Source: Octopus sinensis
Taxonomy: Eukaryota
NCBI RefSeq assembly: GCF_006345805.1
Contig: NC_043006.1
Location: forward strand, 73,284,001 to 73,348,000
Length of the DNA: 64,000 bases
Direction: 5' to 3'
Positions 1 through 13,427 of the stretch are shown piece by piece. The first letter of the stretch is position 1. Every line of letters starts with the position of its first letter. The notes below the pieces were generated by a model. The model was not told the origin of the DNA. It saw nothing but the letters and a program-made list of their open reading frames with translations, and searched no databases. Both the position numbers and the translations under genes were made by a program.

Positions 1-379
1 TTTTAGGCCTTGTACCCATAACGGAAAATAATATAAAGTTGCTAAAAATACGTAAGAAAACAGTTTAGTCTTGTGAACCTATCTCAGTTTTTGCTTAGTA
101 ATCTGAAAAAAAGAAGAACAATAGCGATCTTCATTGTGATTTGGACTCAGTACTTAGAGGAGAGAGCTTAATACTGTACGGAATCCGGTCTGCTGTTCCA
201 ATATTTTTGACGCTCTGTCAGTTGAGAGGATATTTGGAAATATATAAGTCAGTTTAAAATAGATAGGTGTTGGAAACACGCAGATCGAGTCTAGTACATT
301 TACTCTCCATGGGCAATAACCCCACCTCAGGAAATTACTCCCGAGGACAACAGATGATGATTTAAAACTTCTTAATATA

Positions 380-470
380 TTGGATAGGGGGTAATTAACC
401 GGGGTAGTTGTCGGGGAGAATTGTCCGGTGAGGGGAACTGTCTTAAGGGGTAATTGTCCTGATACGCGCA
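380..470. repeat. G-rich subterminal-type repeats (ggggNaattgtc-like), possible end of a non-autonomous DNA transposon
   Basis: Several imperfect ggggtaattg/ggggagaattgtcc copies ending in tgtcctgatacg; no partner TIR found. Confidence 0.3.
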
Positions 471-879
471 AATCACAAGAATAAAAGTATTTTGCCAGAA
501 TATTTTCTGTATAAAAATAAATGAAATCGGTTGACTAAAACTCCGTGACATATGAGTTGGGCCTTAACCCTTAAACGATGGATATCAACAGTTGATGTTT
601 CATTAGAGAACAGGGGACATCCTCAATTTATGTTTTAGTTACAGTTTTGTACTTATTTACAGTGAAAATAAGTATGAAAATTACCCGTTAGGAAAAAAAA
701 GGGAGATCGTTTTTTATCCGTTTGGCACATTTTCCCACTGTTTAAAGGTTGAAGTACGGTAGTAGTAAAAACTGTAAAGTCTAGTATTCCTCAACCAACC
801 AAAATGAAAAATGAAGCACGAACGATTATGGTGGTGCTATGAAGTAAACATGCTTCAGATACACTCGAAATATGACAAC

Positions 880-1034
880 TTTAAAATGAAAGAACTTCGT
901 AAATATAAACTTTTCTCAAAAATGCTAAGAGTAAAAGATATTTTATATGACACATTCTACCAGTGTCCAAAGTTTGAAAGTATTTAATAACCAGAAATTA
1001 TTTTCTAAATCTACCGGTCAAAAGCTAAAGATCC
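880..1034. mobile_element. Diverged right arm of the MITE family seen at 31469-31893
   Basis: acacattctaccagt...aaagttt...aaattat...aaagatcc aligns by eye with 31760-31893, including the terminal aaagatcc. Confidence 0.55.
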
Positions 1035-1242
1035 GAAGCATCTATCACACGCATATCGCCTCGGCTAGTGGATGCTCAATCTCATATTAGAAGACAGGAC
1101 AACTGTTATGTTCACTGTTTGCTGAAATGCGGATGCAGCCACCGGCGATGGAAAATTTTGAGTAGTAATGGTTGGTTGAGGTATTGTTGCCGGGTCGTTC
1201 TCCAGACGAGCTAATTTCGGGTACACATGATTTCAATATGGA

Positions 1243-1626
1243 TGGAAGCACTCCGTCGGTTACGACGATGAGAGTTCCGGTTGATCCGAATCAACGGAAC
1301 AGCCTGCTCGTGATATTAACGTGTAAGTGGCTGAGCACTCCACAGACACGTGCACCCTTAACGTAGTTCTCGGGGATATTCAGCGTGACACAGAGAGTGA
1401 CAAGGCCGGCCCCTTGAAATACAGGTACAACAGAAACAGGAAGTAAGAGTGAGAGAAAGTTGTGGTGAAAGAGTACAGCAGGGATCACCACCATCCCCTG
1501 CCGGAGCCTCGTGGAACTTTTAGGTGTTTTCGTTCAATAAACATTCACAACGCCCGGTCTGGGAATCGAAACCGCGATCCTATGACTGCGAGTCCGCTGC
1601 CCTAACCACTGGGCCATTGCGCCTCC
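1243..1626 (-). mobile_element. tRNA-derived SINE, family A (about 380 bp)
   Basis: Minus-strand head with A box TGGCCCAGTGG and B box GGTTTCGATTCC; 11-bp TSD gatttcaatat (1229-1239, 1627-1637); near-identical copies at 35841, 45573 and 57062. Confidence 0.9.
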
Positions 1627-1653
1627 GATTTCAATATACACATGCACATGAAT

Positions 1654-1850
1654 ATACGTGGTCTGATCAATAAGTATCTGGACTGTTGTCATAGTAACAA
1701 AGTTCTAGCTCGCAGAATGAAGCCGCTTGGCACATATTGACCTGAACTCTGCTGTGTATGCACACTAAATTTTTAACGTTCTAACTCACTTCTGCTGTTT
1801 ACAGCAGTGCTTGGAAGGAACCTATGCTTGTCGGATGATTTCAACACCGA
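1654..1850 (+). mobile_element. Left-end fragment of a mariner-like element
   Basis: Begins tacgtggtctgatcaataagtatc, resembling mariner TIRs; no right TIR seen. Confidence 0.4.
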
Positions 1851-3726
1851 TTACACTGCAGAACGTCTGTTGCGAATATATTTTCTGTTAGTTTATACTC
1901 AACTATTTTATTTTCACCTAATAATTCGTTAGCTACCTACTTAGCGCTAGCAGGATAGGCTATGATACCTATAGCTACAAAGCAAGGTGTCACACTTAGG
2001 TTTCGATGTTTGCGATAGCAGATAACCCGCATAAATTAAATTATGAATGAATTAACTTCCAAAAGGATATATTATAAGAACAAATAACGTTTTCAGTGCC
2101 ATTACTATTATTAGTTCTCGGTTTTACCACTATAATTTCATACACTGGCCTATCATTTGCAACAAATATATCTTCTTAGCATAGCAATCTTATGAACTGC
2201 TGATTTTTCAGAAATTTAATTCCGAGTTAATTATTTGATTGAAGGTAAAGGATAATATATCTTGGAAAATCTCTGTAGAAATGTCGAAAGAATTACGAAA
2301 AGAAATATAAACTTGCTATAATAATTCTTCGGTCAGTTTATTAATTTCGCTGGAAAGTCACGTTTGTAATTCTCTTAGATATTACAATTGTGAATGTAGC
2401 ATCTTCATGTTTTAAAAAGGCATTTATTCTCCTTTCATCACTAGATTAATTCGGAAATAAAAATTAAATAAAAAAAAAATAAAATCAATTAAATTTAAAT
2501 TGGCAGTTAATTATTCTATGTTACTGAATTTTGATTAAATTCCAAAAATATCTGGTGTTTCTGATATTAGGTTCTCAAAGGCTTAAGTTTGAAGTAATGA
2601 CAATTGACACTGGAGTTTAAAGTCATATAAAATGGGTTTAAGTTGATGCGATTGACTGATATCTTTTGATCGAAATATCTTCTACACATTTCAACAGAAA
2701 CGTTTTATCTGAACGTTACTTAATGTTATTGAAGAAAAGCCCAGAACGAATTAACAGAATTTATTGCTAGAAATGTGGAGCATGCAAATCCCAAAACAGT
2801 TTTAAGTGGCGTCACAGTGTTAATAATAAATAACGATTTTAAAAAAGTGAGTTAAGTGAGTTAATTCTATGAACCGATTGCATTTTTGGTTGACGTCAAC
2901 TCATTTCATTTACACACATAATCTTCTCAAGAAAGGCATGAAGATCAAACTGTCTTACTGGCCGATTTTATGAGCCTGCTATTGTGTCTACATTAGAAAT
3001 CAATACATTGAACAAATATATAGAAAAGGACACAGAGTACTCGAGAAATATATCGAGCTTCATAGTTAAAGAATTATGTTTTTTTAAATTCTCTTTAAGA
3101 ACACCAAACAGTCTTACTATCCGACTTAATATGTATAGCATTCTGTCTATGTAAGAAATCAATAAATTGAACAAGAATATCAGAAGATACTGAGCGCTCG
3201 ATATCTTAGTTAAGGAGGCAACCATTTCGATAAGAAATTCTGTGGTTCTTCTATCAAATTTTATTTTAGTTTCTGTAGCCAAATGTTGTTTGTTATGTTA
3301 AACTGTGAAGTAATATTCGCAGTAGTTAGTATGAAGCAACATAAACAGCTAGCTTGGCACATCACCAAGATAAGCGGTTGCAAGAAAATTTTCTTATCTT
3401 TTGTGCCAATGGAGTTCCTGGATTGGCAACTTTCATGCAAGATTTTTGTTTTGTTTTAAAATTTTTTCGCCAGTTTTACTGTAATAATGTAATCTTGGCT
3501 TCGTGAAAAGCCTCACTCGGAGCTTGTCACAAACTTTTAGATTTAACATGCTTATAAGCTAATAATTTAAAATGTGCATTGTAAATGTGTATTGTCCAGT
3601 AATGTTGACAGGAGGCGTGAATAGTTTTTTTAGTCCCAAAGCTGTGCTCGAGAGGACCTGTGATCAAAGACATTCCAGAAAAACCGTTCCTTTTTTTTTA
3701 CACAGAATGCAGGTATCCAGGTTATA

Positions 3727-3922
3727 CGAGAGAGTGCTGAAAAGTTCCTGGCTTTAAGGGTGTCGTGAAAGTCCTGGTTGGAGGCCCAACCTTCCAAGTT
3801 CTTTTACAGGGCTTAGAAAAACTGAAGGACCACTGCAATAAGTCTGTGAATTTGAGAGGGGAATATTTTGAATAAAATCATAATTGACTGATCCTCCTGT
3901 ATTTTCTTTTCAGTACCCCACG
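3727..3922 (+). mobile_element. Mariner-derived MITE / internal deletion derivative
   Basis: Imperfect TIRs cgagagagtgctgaaaag / cttttcagtaccccacg flanked by TA; internal GLEKLKDHCNKSVNLRGEYFE* resembles a mariner transposase C-terminus. Confidence 0.65.
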
Positions 3923-4982
3923 TACAACATTTAATCAAATATGCCATTTAAAATGGTAGGATGGGACTAGAGGGAGATTTTATTCCCGTTTTTGGCCAGT
4001 AAACTAACTGTTAAAGGCTCCTCGTTGTGATACACTAGTGATAGATTCTTAACAAGTAGAAATCGATATTCAGGTTCGATTCTCGACAGGGCCACTTCAC
4101 AGCACATTCATTGTAATGACGATTTTCGGACGTAGTCTGGAGAAAGAATGGATCTGTCAGAGTAGTCCTTGTAAACCCACAATACGAAGGGGAAGGGTTT
4201 ATTAGGGACTCAAAGAGGTATTAATAATTATTATGATGACACTTGTCTTTAATTGTAGCTTCTGTTCATTTACGTGTTAGCCTCGGTCAAATAGGCCTCT
4301 ATGGTTATAAGCATTCCAGCTACCAGCATGCTTCATTTTTCTTTCTGGCATAGTACATTAAAGATTACGTTATCCAAAATACCCTTCTCTTTTTAAGAAC
4401 GTAGTATAAGATATGAGAAAGATTTGGTTGCAATTTCTAGCAAATCGAAAATAGCAAAGGCAGTTCTTCATTGGCTTGTCATTTATGGTAGTAGTAATAG
4501 TAGTAGTAGTAGTTGTAGTAGTAGTTGTTGTCGTTTAATCTCGGGATTAGCCCGAGGAGATTTATTTTGAAATGTGTTTCAATTGTGATCTACAGTATAT
4601 TTTCGGACAGTATATCTGAACTAGATTATCTGATGTGTCTGATGTTATTTGAGGGGGAGATTTTGACCTGCTCATTCTAACAGGTCAAGTCACCAGGTGG
4701 AGTAGAAGCCGGAGACTGCATTGCCTGCGTGCAACATTTCACTAGCAATTACATTTTTAGTCATCAGCAGACGAAGTTATCTAAAAAAACTTTTATGAGA
4801 AAAAAAAAATGAATGATTCCAGCTTTAAAACCAAAAGAGTAATTTAACATAAATTGCTATCAACACCATATATGGTACAAAATTAATTTCTGTTTACCGT
4901 AATGCTTGTCTTGTGACATTAATCACAACAGGGAATACATAGAAACTGATAACAAAATACTCCCATTATTATTACAGGCAAT

Positions 4983-5193
4983 AAAGCGGCAAGCTGGCTG
5001 AGTCATTATCACGCCGGGCAAAATGCTTAATGGCATTTCGTCCGTCTTTACGTTCCGAGTTCAAATTCTGCCGAGGCCGAGTTTGCTTTTCATTCTTTCA
5101 GGGTCGCTAAAATAATTATCAGCTGATCTCTGGGGCCGATGTAATCGACATGTCCACTTCTCGAATTTGTTGGCCTTGAGCCAAAATTTGAAA
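4983..5193 (+). mobile_element. tRNA-derived SINE, family C monomer
   Basis: Head ggcaagctggc...gagttcaaatt and core gccgaggccgagtttgcttttcattctttc; 20-bp TSD ccattattattacaggcaat (4963-4982, 5194-5213). Confidence 0.85.
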
Positions 5194-5591
5194 CCATTAT
5201 TATTACAGGCAATTAGAATTCAGTATTTATATCCCATCCCTCCTCGTTGGCAGCGGCTAATTATTCTGTCTTATTCAGTAAGTATTGTTATTTGTGATGA
5301 ATAGTCAGTAAAAATCTGAAGTATTGTCTAAGCTGGTTGTCATTTGCGTCATTACTAATTAAGTGTAGTAATTTTGAATGGTTGCAACAGCTGCAGTCAA
5401 TTTTCCAATTTTCTTTTTAAATTGAATATTTTAAAGTGATATTGTAGTTATAAAAAATATAAAAGAAGAAGGGCTGCCGGAGAAAGTTTATTGTTCAATG
5501 AGAAATAGAGAGCTATGATTTTTTGAATTAAAAAATTATTAGAAAATTACTATTTTTAAATCTCACAACGAGAAATATTCAGCAGCAGTAC

Positions 5592-6373
5592 TTTGGAGTA
5601 ATGATTGTTTGTCAACATAACATGGCAGTCCTGGTTTAGGACGAATGTTGCTGTTATTTAGCCCCAGGAGACATCGTCTCCAGCTGGCTATACGACACGA
5701 TCTGTGTCCTTATATTTTCGAACAAGGGAATCTAGCACCCTCACTCAGCCCAAAACAATATCTTATTTCTTTATTGCCCACAAGGGGCTAAACATAGAGG
5801 GGACAAACAATGACAGACAAGGAGACTAAGTCGATTACATCGACCCCAGTGCTTAACTGGTGCTTAAATTATCGACCCCGAAAGGATGAAAGGCAAAGTT
5901 GACCTCGGCGGAATTTGAACTCAGAACGTAACGGCAGACGAAATACCTATTTCTTTACTACCCACAATGGGCTAAACACAGAGAGGACAAACAAGGACAG
6001 ACAAACGGATTAAGTCGATTATATGGACTCCAGTGCGTAACTGGTACTTATTTAATTGACCCCGGAATTTGAACTCAAAACGTAGCGGCAGACGAAATAC
6101 CGCTAAGCATTTCACCTGGCGTGCTAACGTTTCTGCCAGCTCACCTCAAAGCAATATCTGTGTATTGCGATGAAGGGAAATAATCCGGAAGTCGCGATAC
6201 ACAGATACTGTTTTGAACTGAGTGGGGGTGCTAGATTCCCTTGTTCGAAAACATAGGACACAGATAGTGTCGTATAGCCAGCTGGAGACGATATCTCCTG
6301 GGGTTAAATTACAGCAACATTCGTCCTAAACCAGGACTGCCATGTTATGTTGGCAAACAATCTTTACTCTAAA
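5592..6373. mobile_element. Foldback MITE (about 180-bp arms, 21-nt loop) interrupted by a SINE
   Basis: 5592-5763 plus 6160-6170 is the reverse complement of 6192-6373, with few mismatches; loop 6171-6191. Confidence 0.85.
5764..6146 (-). mobile_element. SINE family C, dimeric form, inserted into the foldback MITE
   Basis: Head at 6146 followed by two body units; TSD caaaacaatatct (5751-5763) / caaagcaatatct (6147-6159). Confidence 0.85.
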
Positions 6374-6609
6374 AAATTATGTGCGTCATTTTTTGCAAGG
6401 ATTCGGTTTTACCTTAAGAAAGCTACGACTCTGAACAATACTATTTGATCAAGCAAGATAGTACGCCATCAATCGTAGAAACTCAGAAACGCTTACTGCA
6501 TTGAGCAAGAACAAATTTGAGAAGCGTTACCCTAATATCGTGTCATTGCTTTATTCCCGAATAAAATTTATGTGCACATTTGCATATCATTATTTATTCT
6601 TAGCAAATA

Positions 6610-6826
6610 AAGCGGGGGGCTGGCAGAAATCGATAGAGCGTCGGACGAAATGCTTGGCAGCATTTTTCTGCTCTTTACATTCTGAGTTTAAATACCACCA
6701 AGGTCTACTTTGCCTTTCATCCTTTCGGGTTCGATAAAGTAGAACATCAGTAGAATACTGCAGCCAATGTAATCAACATGTCCCGCCCCTCAAAATTGCT
6801 GGCCTTGTACCAAAGTTAGAAAGAAT
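6610..6826 (+). mobile_element. Old SINE family C monomer
   Basis: gctggcagaaatcg...ttcatcctttcgggttcgataaag...gccttgtaccaaagttagaaag. Confidence 0.65.
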
Positions 6827-8790
6827 TATTCATTCTTAGAGAATGAATAATGTGATGAAAATAGTAAAATAAAGGATTGAACAACAGAAAACGTAAAGAA
6901 ATTTTGGATGACCTCCAAGTAAAAAATATGGTGATTTATTTAGCGTTACGAGGTTCGTTGACATTATATAATGGTACGAGGTTTGGTGTCTAAGCAAAAG
7001 GTGCATATTTAAGCCGTTGCATGAGATGAAAGAGGAAGTAAATTTCTTTACGGATATTAAAGATTCCCATTATAGAATAAAAGGATCAAAATGGTTACAT
7101 AAACTTACATTGTGTAATTTGCCGTAATGTACTTTGTAATTGCTCGATATCAGTAACCACCAAAATGATCTAAGTTTGACATTACAAGTAGCTAATCAGC
7201 TTATTACTTGTCTTATAGCCAATACCTGAAGCTTTGAACCAAATCAATGCTCTTCGTAAATCAAAAACGCTCGCATGGTAAATTTTCTGCTGTAGAAATA
7301 CAAAAGCCAGAATCGATAGAGGAATATGCTACAAAGTATTTCAACTCTTTTGGATCAACTGCAAAATCGCTCCATTTACGAATATGCGAAACTGCTTTCG
7401 ATGTAATATAGATAAAAGCTCCTGGTACCTTTCAACTCGACTTAATTCATTCACAGTCAGATTATATTTTGATATACAAATTTAATAGTTTATGGCGGAA
7501 TTCTCTGAAGATATTGAAAATATTCTCATTTGAGGAATAACGTATGGAACGTTGCTGCACTTACGCTTTGTCATTCGAGGAAACACACACACACACACAC
7601 ACACACGAACACAGAAATATACACACATAAAGTGAGAGAGAAAGAGAGATAGAGAGAGACTTTACACATACATACAAACGTAACTAGATGACAACACACA
7701 TAAGTAGAGAGTGACCAGTTTTTCTCGGCATCGATCCATCAACCATTTGCGAGCCAGATTTTAGATAACAAAAATTAGTTCAAAACCAATTAAAAAATTG
7801 CTGTAATTAACATTTAACATCTACCCCGTGTAATATCTCTGAGTCTTTCAAAGCAAGCAGAGCCAATCTTCTTATTAAGCTGCAGAATGAATTTCATGAA
7901 ATTTTAAACATTATATTCTGTTGTGTCTTTGGTGTTCCGGTATCATTATAATTATCAAGTGTTCTATAATATATTGTAATATTTCAAGAAATGTTGCGTA
8001 ATGTGGTCCCATACCTGCCTATGAATTTGTAAAATATCGCAAAGATATGTTAAAGATTTATATTCTTACACATTTGTAAAGATTAATTACTTTTCTCAGC
8101 CCATTTGTGCTTCCATATCTCATATTCTTATATACTTCTGATACTAAAGAAAGATTCCCCACTCTGACATAGACATTTTCTCATTTGGAGGTTCTAGCTT
8201 GAATATGAGTGTCGGCGTGGAACTAATGCGTTTTGTGCTGGTATAATGAAAGGATGCCATTATGAAATTGTCAAGAGAGCTCTGTCAACACACACTGCAA
8301 AGGAGCAATTTGTCAGAAAAGCTTCCAGTCCAGATGACTATTTTCATGTGGAACCCGAAGGTTGCCAAGCAACCTTATTAGAAGATTCGAATATGAAATT
8401 TTACGAAAATAAATGATGAAACAAAATAGGCTAATATAAACATCCAGGTAGTTGTTGAGAGATATTTCCATTCATATGTATGACACAAACGGAACTTATT
8501 GCAAGAGGCTTTGAATATTTATGTACGTTCGTTGTTGGAAGATCGGTTTGAATGTTTGTGTAATATATCAATACTGGAAACAAACACGAGAAAAAAAGAA
8601 AAACAAAAAAAAAAACAAAGACTCAAATATAATAAAACAGTCTTAATATGAAGTTGAGGGTGGTTTTTTGAAACTTAATGGATGCTTTGAATGACTACTA
8701 ATATCAACTCATCTAATGACGTGCAGGTAAACACACGCAGTGCCTACACACACACACACACACATGCATGAATACATACATACGTACATG

Positions 8791-8831
<41 letters not shown>

Positions 8832-9339
8832 GTACACACATTATTTATCTGCGTGAGGGGAGTATATGTAACGTATGTATGTATATTACATGTCTACAAG
8901 GGTAGCTATGTATTTTATGTGAATGTGTATATGGTTCAGTAAATTATTATTAGTAATAATGAATTATATCCATTAACTTTAACACTGACATACATTATCT
9001 ACTCCATTACAGTTATAAAAAAAAACAAAGTTATCAGGATTAGCCGATGAGTCTCGAACATATATTCAGACGAAGAAATCTAATCTTTTAATAATGTTGC
9101 ACATCATTACAGTGATAACTTAAAAGAGATGGGATTAAAAATAAGTACAATACCATCAGTACCATAAAAATGTGAAGACAAGAAAAACTGCAACTGAAAA
9201 ATAATTTTGTATGCTTTCTTCTCTACCAGTTTAGATATAACACCCAGTATAGCTCCAAGCTTTCTAAATCTTATAAATAGACATCTGACACATATTCTTC
9301 TTTATGACAAACTTTTCAATAGAAATAATCTCAAAATCA

Positions 9340-10837
9340 GCGACCAAGATCTGGTTACTGCGACCAAGATCTGGTTACTGCAACCAAGATCTAGTTACTG
9401 CGTCCAAGATCTGGTTACTGCGACGAAGATCTGGTTACTGCGACCAAGATCTGGTTACTGCGACAAAAATCTGGTTACTGCGACCAAAATCTGGTTACTG
9501 CGACCAAGAACTGGTTATTGCGACCAGGATCTGGTTACTGCAACCAAGATCTAGTTTCTGCGACCAATATCTGGTTACTGTGACCAGGATCTGGTTGCTG
9601 CGACCAAAATCTGGTTACTGCGACCAGGATCTGGTTACTGTGACCAAGATCTGGTCACTGCGACCAAGATCTGGTTACTGCGATTAAGATCTAGTTACTG
9701 CGACCAAGATCTGGTTACTGCGACCAAGACCTGGTTACTGCGACTAGGATCTGGTTACTGGGACAAAGATCTGGTTACTGCGACGAAGATCTGGTTACTG
9801 CGACCAAAATCTGGTTACTGCGACCAGGATCTGGTTACTGCGGCCAAGATCTGGTTACTGCGACCAAGATCTGGTTACTGCGACCAAGATCTGGTTACTG
9901 CGACCAAGATCTGGTGACTGCGACTAGGATCTGGTTACTGGGACAAGATCTGGTTACTGCGACTAGGATCTGGTTACTGCGACCAAAATCTGGTTACTGC
10001 GACTAGGATCTGGTTACTGCGGCCAAGATCTGGTTACTGCGACCAAGATCTGGTTACTGCGACCAAGATCTAGTTACTGCGACGAAGATCTGGTTACTGC
10101 GACCAAGATCTGGTTACTGCGACCAATATCTGGTTACTGCGACTAAGATCTGGTCACTGCGACCAAGATCTGGTTACTGCGATTAAGATTTAGTTACTGC
10201 GACCAAGATCTGGTTACTGCGACCAAGATCTGGTTACTGCGACTAGGATCTGGTTACTGGGACCAAGATCTGGTTACTGCGACTAGGATCTGGTTACTGC
10301 GACCAAGATCTGGTTACTGCGACCAGGATCTGGTTACTGCGGCCAAGATCTGGTTACTGCGACCAAGATCTGGTTACTGCGACCAAGATCTGGTTACTGC
10401 GACCAGGATCTGGTTACTGCGACCAAGATCTGGTTACTGCGACCAAGATCTGGTTCATGCAGCAAAGATCTGGTTACTGCGACCAAGATCTGGTCACTTC
10501 GACCAAGATCTGGTTAATGCGGCAAAGATCTAGTTGCTGCGACCAATATCTGGTTACTGCGACCAGGATCTGGTTATTGCGACCAAAATCTGGTTACTGC
10601 AACCAGGATCTGGTTACTGCGACCAAGATCTGGTTACTGCGAGCAGGATCTGGTTACTGTGACCAAGATCTGGTTACTGCGAGCAGGATCTGGTTACTGC
10701 GACCAAGATCTGGTTACTGCGACCAAGATCTGGTTACTGCGACCAAGATCTGGTTACTGCGACCAAGATCTGGTTACTGCGATTAAGATCTAGTTACTGC
10801 GACAAAGATCTGGTTGCTGCGACCAAGATCTGGTTAC
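9340..10837. repeat. Minisatellite, 20-bp unit GATCTGGTTACTGCGACCAA, about 75 copies
   Basis: Directly visible 20-bp periodicity over 1.5 kb, with one 1-nt phase shift near 9945. Confidence 0.97.
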
Positions 10838-11259
10838 CAGGATTAATAAAAAGCATTCCACAAACGGAAATATTTTAAATCGTTTGCCTCAACGTAATTG
10901 CAGAAACGATATACTGCGCTTGGTGGCAAGTATTTCACAAAGGTACATCACCTATCGTGCAAAAGTGACTCTTAGACAGTGCATATTGTATTAACCAATT
11001 ACAAGATGCTCTATTTGCATTTTAACTCTTCATATAAATACAACGGTTTTTTTCAACGTCGACTTCAGTGTAGCTTTGTACACATTTCAACCGTTACAGT
11101 TCTCGAATCAATTGGGCGCTATGGTAAAGCACTTGTTCAAGATGCCATATGCTCGTATCGAACAAGGAATGTCATAGCTGTGAAGTATAAATATGTCTTC
11201 ACGTGCGCACGTACACGCGCGCACATATGTTTATTTAGTTGTGTATGTTTGTGTATATG

Positions 11260-11263
11260 CATG

Positions 11264-11309
<46 letters not shown>

Positions 11310-11343
11310 AGCACACACACACATACATACATACATACATACA

Positions 11344-11379
<36 letters not shown>

Positions 11380-11454
11380 TATGCATGTATACACACACGC
11401 ACACACACATAATCACGCACATATACACCCATTCTTTCTGTTATCGGCACGCGG

Positions 11455-11497
<43 letters not shown>

Positions 11498-11981
11498 GCA
11501 TATATATGTATGTATAGGTTCATTGAAAAATCGCAGTGCGTAACATAAAACCTTACACGTAAACATAGAGACACCAACTTACGTAAGTTTGTGCGTGTGT
11601 CTGAGTGTGTTAATTCATGTGTAAAGTTTTTTTCTTACATTTCTGCGCTACGCTTTCCTTCAGTCGGGCTTTTGGTTGACTGTACACATGAATAGATCGA
11701 GAAGAAACGACTGGTAATCATTGAAAATGCGATGACTGCATTTACAAGTTGTTTACCTCACGCATGAATAAGCAGTCATCAGACTGCACACTTCTAACAC
11801 AAGGTTGTATTTATATTTTTGTACCACAGAATAAACAAATACACCTACACAGACAGAAGAAGCACATATGCACACTTACACACATATTGTGTATTAATGG
11901 GAAGGATGTTCAGTGACAAGACATAAAAACACTATTTGAATATTTGAATATTCCTCGAGAAGTGAAGCTTGAAGCCAATTC

Positions 11982-12048
<67 letters not shown>

Positions 12049-12267
12049 ACGTATGCCTAGGTTGAATGCCTCACGAACTTCAGACAAAAAGCCAGGCTGT
12101 GTGTGTACATGCTGAGTGTAAAAGCCAGACATTTTCACTTAATTAGTAGATAAGGAACACTAAACTCAGTGTAATGGGGATACTAGTACGTTTACTCGAT
12201 GAGCAAGTGGTATATGTTTCATTCCGTTCTGTTTCCAAACGAAAGCGTTAGTTTACAAACGTATGTT

Positions 12268-12335
<68 letters not shown>

Positions 12336-12445
12336 AAACACGCACACACGCACACACAAATACTCACACGCACACAAACACACAAGCTACACACATACGC
12401 GTGCACGCATACACACATATGCATGTATTCATATATGTGTATATA

Positions 12446-12530
<85 letters not shown>

Positions 12531-12925
12531 TTAGAGAAGATGATTCCAAACTTACAGGGAAAAATTCAATTTAGTAAAACTAAATCAAACTTCACAATAT
12601 ATAATATTTGTATAGAAATTAGAGAAGAACCAACATGTAGCATTAATTACATCATTGTTGAATTGCTACATGGTGGTTCTTCTCTAATTTATACACACAC
12701 ACACACACACAGACGCACATATATATAGATATATATATTTTCATATACAAAATACGCATACACGGACACACCTATACACATGTATATAAATATTTGGGTC
12801 GTACATACATACATGTATACATACACACATACATACATACATACATGCATGCATGCATACATACATACATACATGCATACATACATACATACATACATAC
12901 ATACATACATACATACATACATACA
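11260..12925. repeat. Cluster of (TA)n, (TACA)n, (CA)n and (AAT)n microsatellites
   Basis: Directly visible tracts at about 11263-11510, 11983-12047, 12269-12530 and 12800-12925. Confidence 0.95.
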
Positions 12926-12929
12926 ATCA

Positions 12930-13383
12930 AAGAACTATCTTGCTGATGATCGTAGTTATTTTTGCGGTGCAAAGCGATCAACAAATTCACGAAACATCAG
13001 GAACGGTTAAAAGATAAACAAGGAAACAATTTAAGGATTCAAAGACTAAAACCTTGAATTCTAAAGTCCATGAGCTGAAGCTTAAACTAACAGATAATAA
13101 ACTTGATCTGCAGATTTATAATCGAAAAACTCTGCATAGATTTTTTATCAGTGATCCCGAATTAGTCTATCACAGCTTCAATATAAATAACACAATATCA
13201 ATTAAAATTATACATATTATAGGCGCAGGAGTGGCTGTGTGGTAAGTAGCTTGCTTACCAACCACATGGTTCCGGGTTCAGTCCCACTGCGTGGCACCTT
13301 GGGCAAGTGTCTTCTACTATAGCCTCGGGCCGACCAAAGCCTTGTGAGTGGATTTGGTAGACGGAAACTGAAAGAAGCCCGTC

Positions 13384-13427
<44 letters not shown>

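Noticed and set aside
154-471. 105-aa minus-strand ORF
   Set aside because: The N-terminus comes from G-rich repeats and the rest shows no motif I recognise.
1560-1626. tRNA genes at SINE heads (also 16813, 17528, 35841, 57062)
   Set aside because: A/B boxes are present, but I could not fold a full cloverleaf, and each head continues into a repeated SINE body with a TSD.
7000-8600. Possible decayed transposase in AT-rich DNA (also 2270-3450)
   Set aside because: No catalytic motif or TIR could be identified by eye.
9340-10837. CRISPR-like regularity of the 20-bp (and 22-bp) arrays
   Set aside because: Units are directly adjacent with no unique spacers, there are no cas genes, and the context is eukaryotic.
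10888-10903. ctcaacgta(a)ttgcag shared with 46648-46661, next to both large tandem arrays
   Set aside because: Only about 15 bp with an indel, and the flanks do not extend; compatible with chance.
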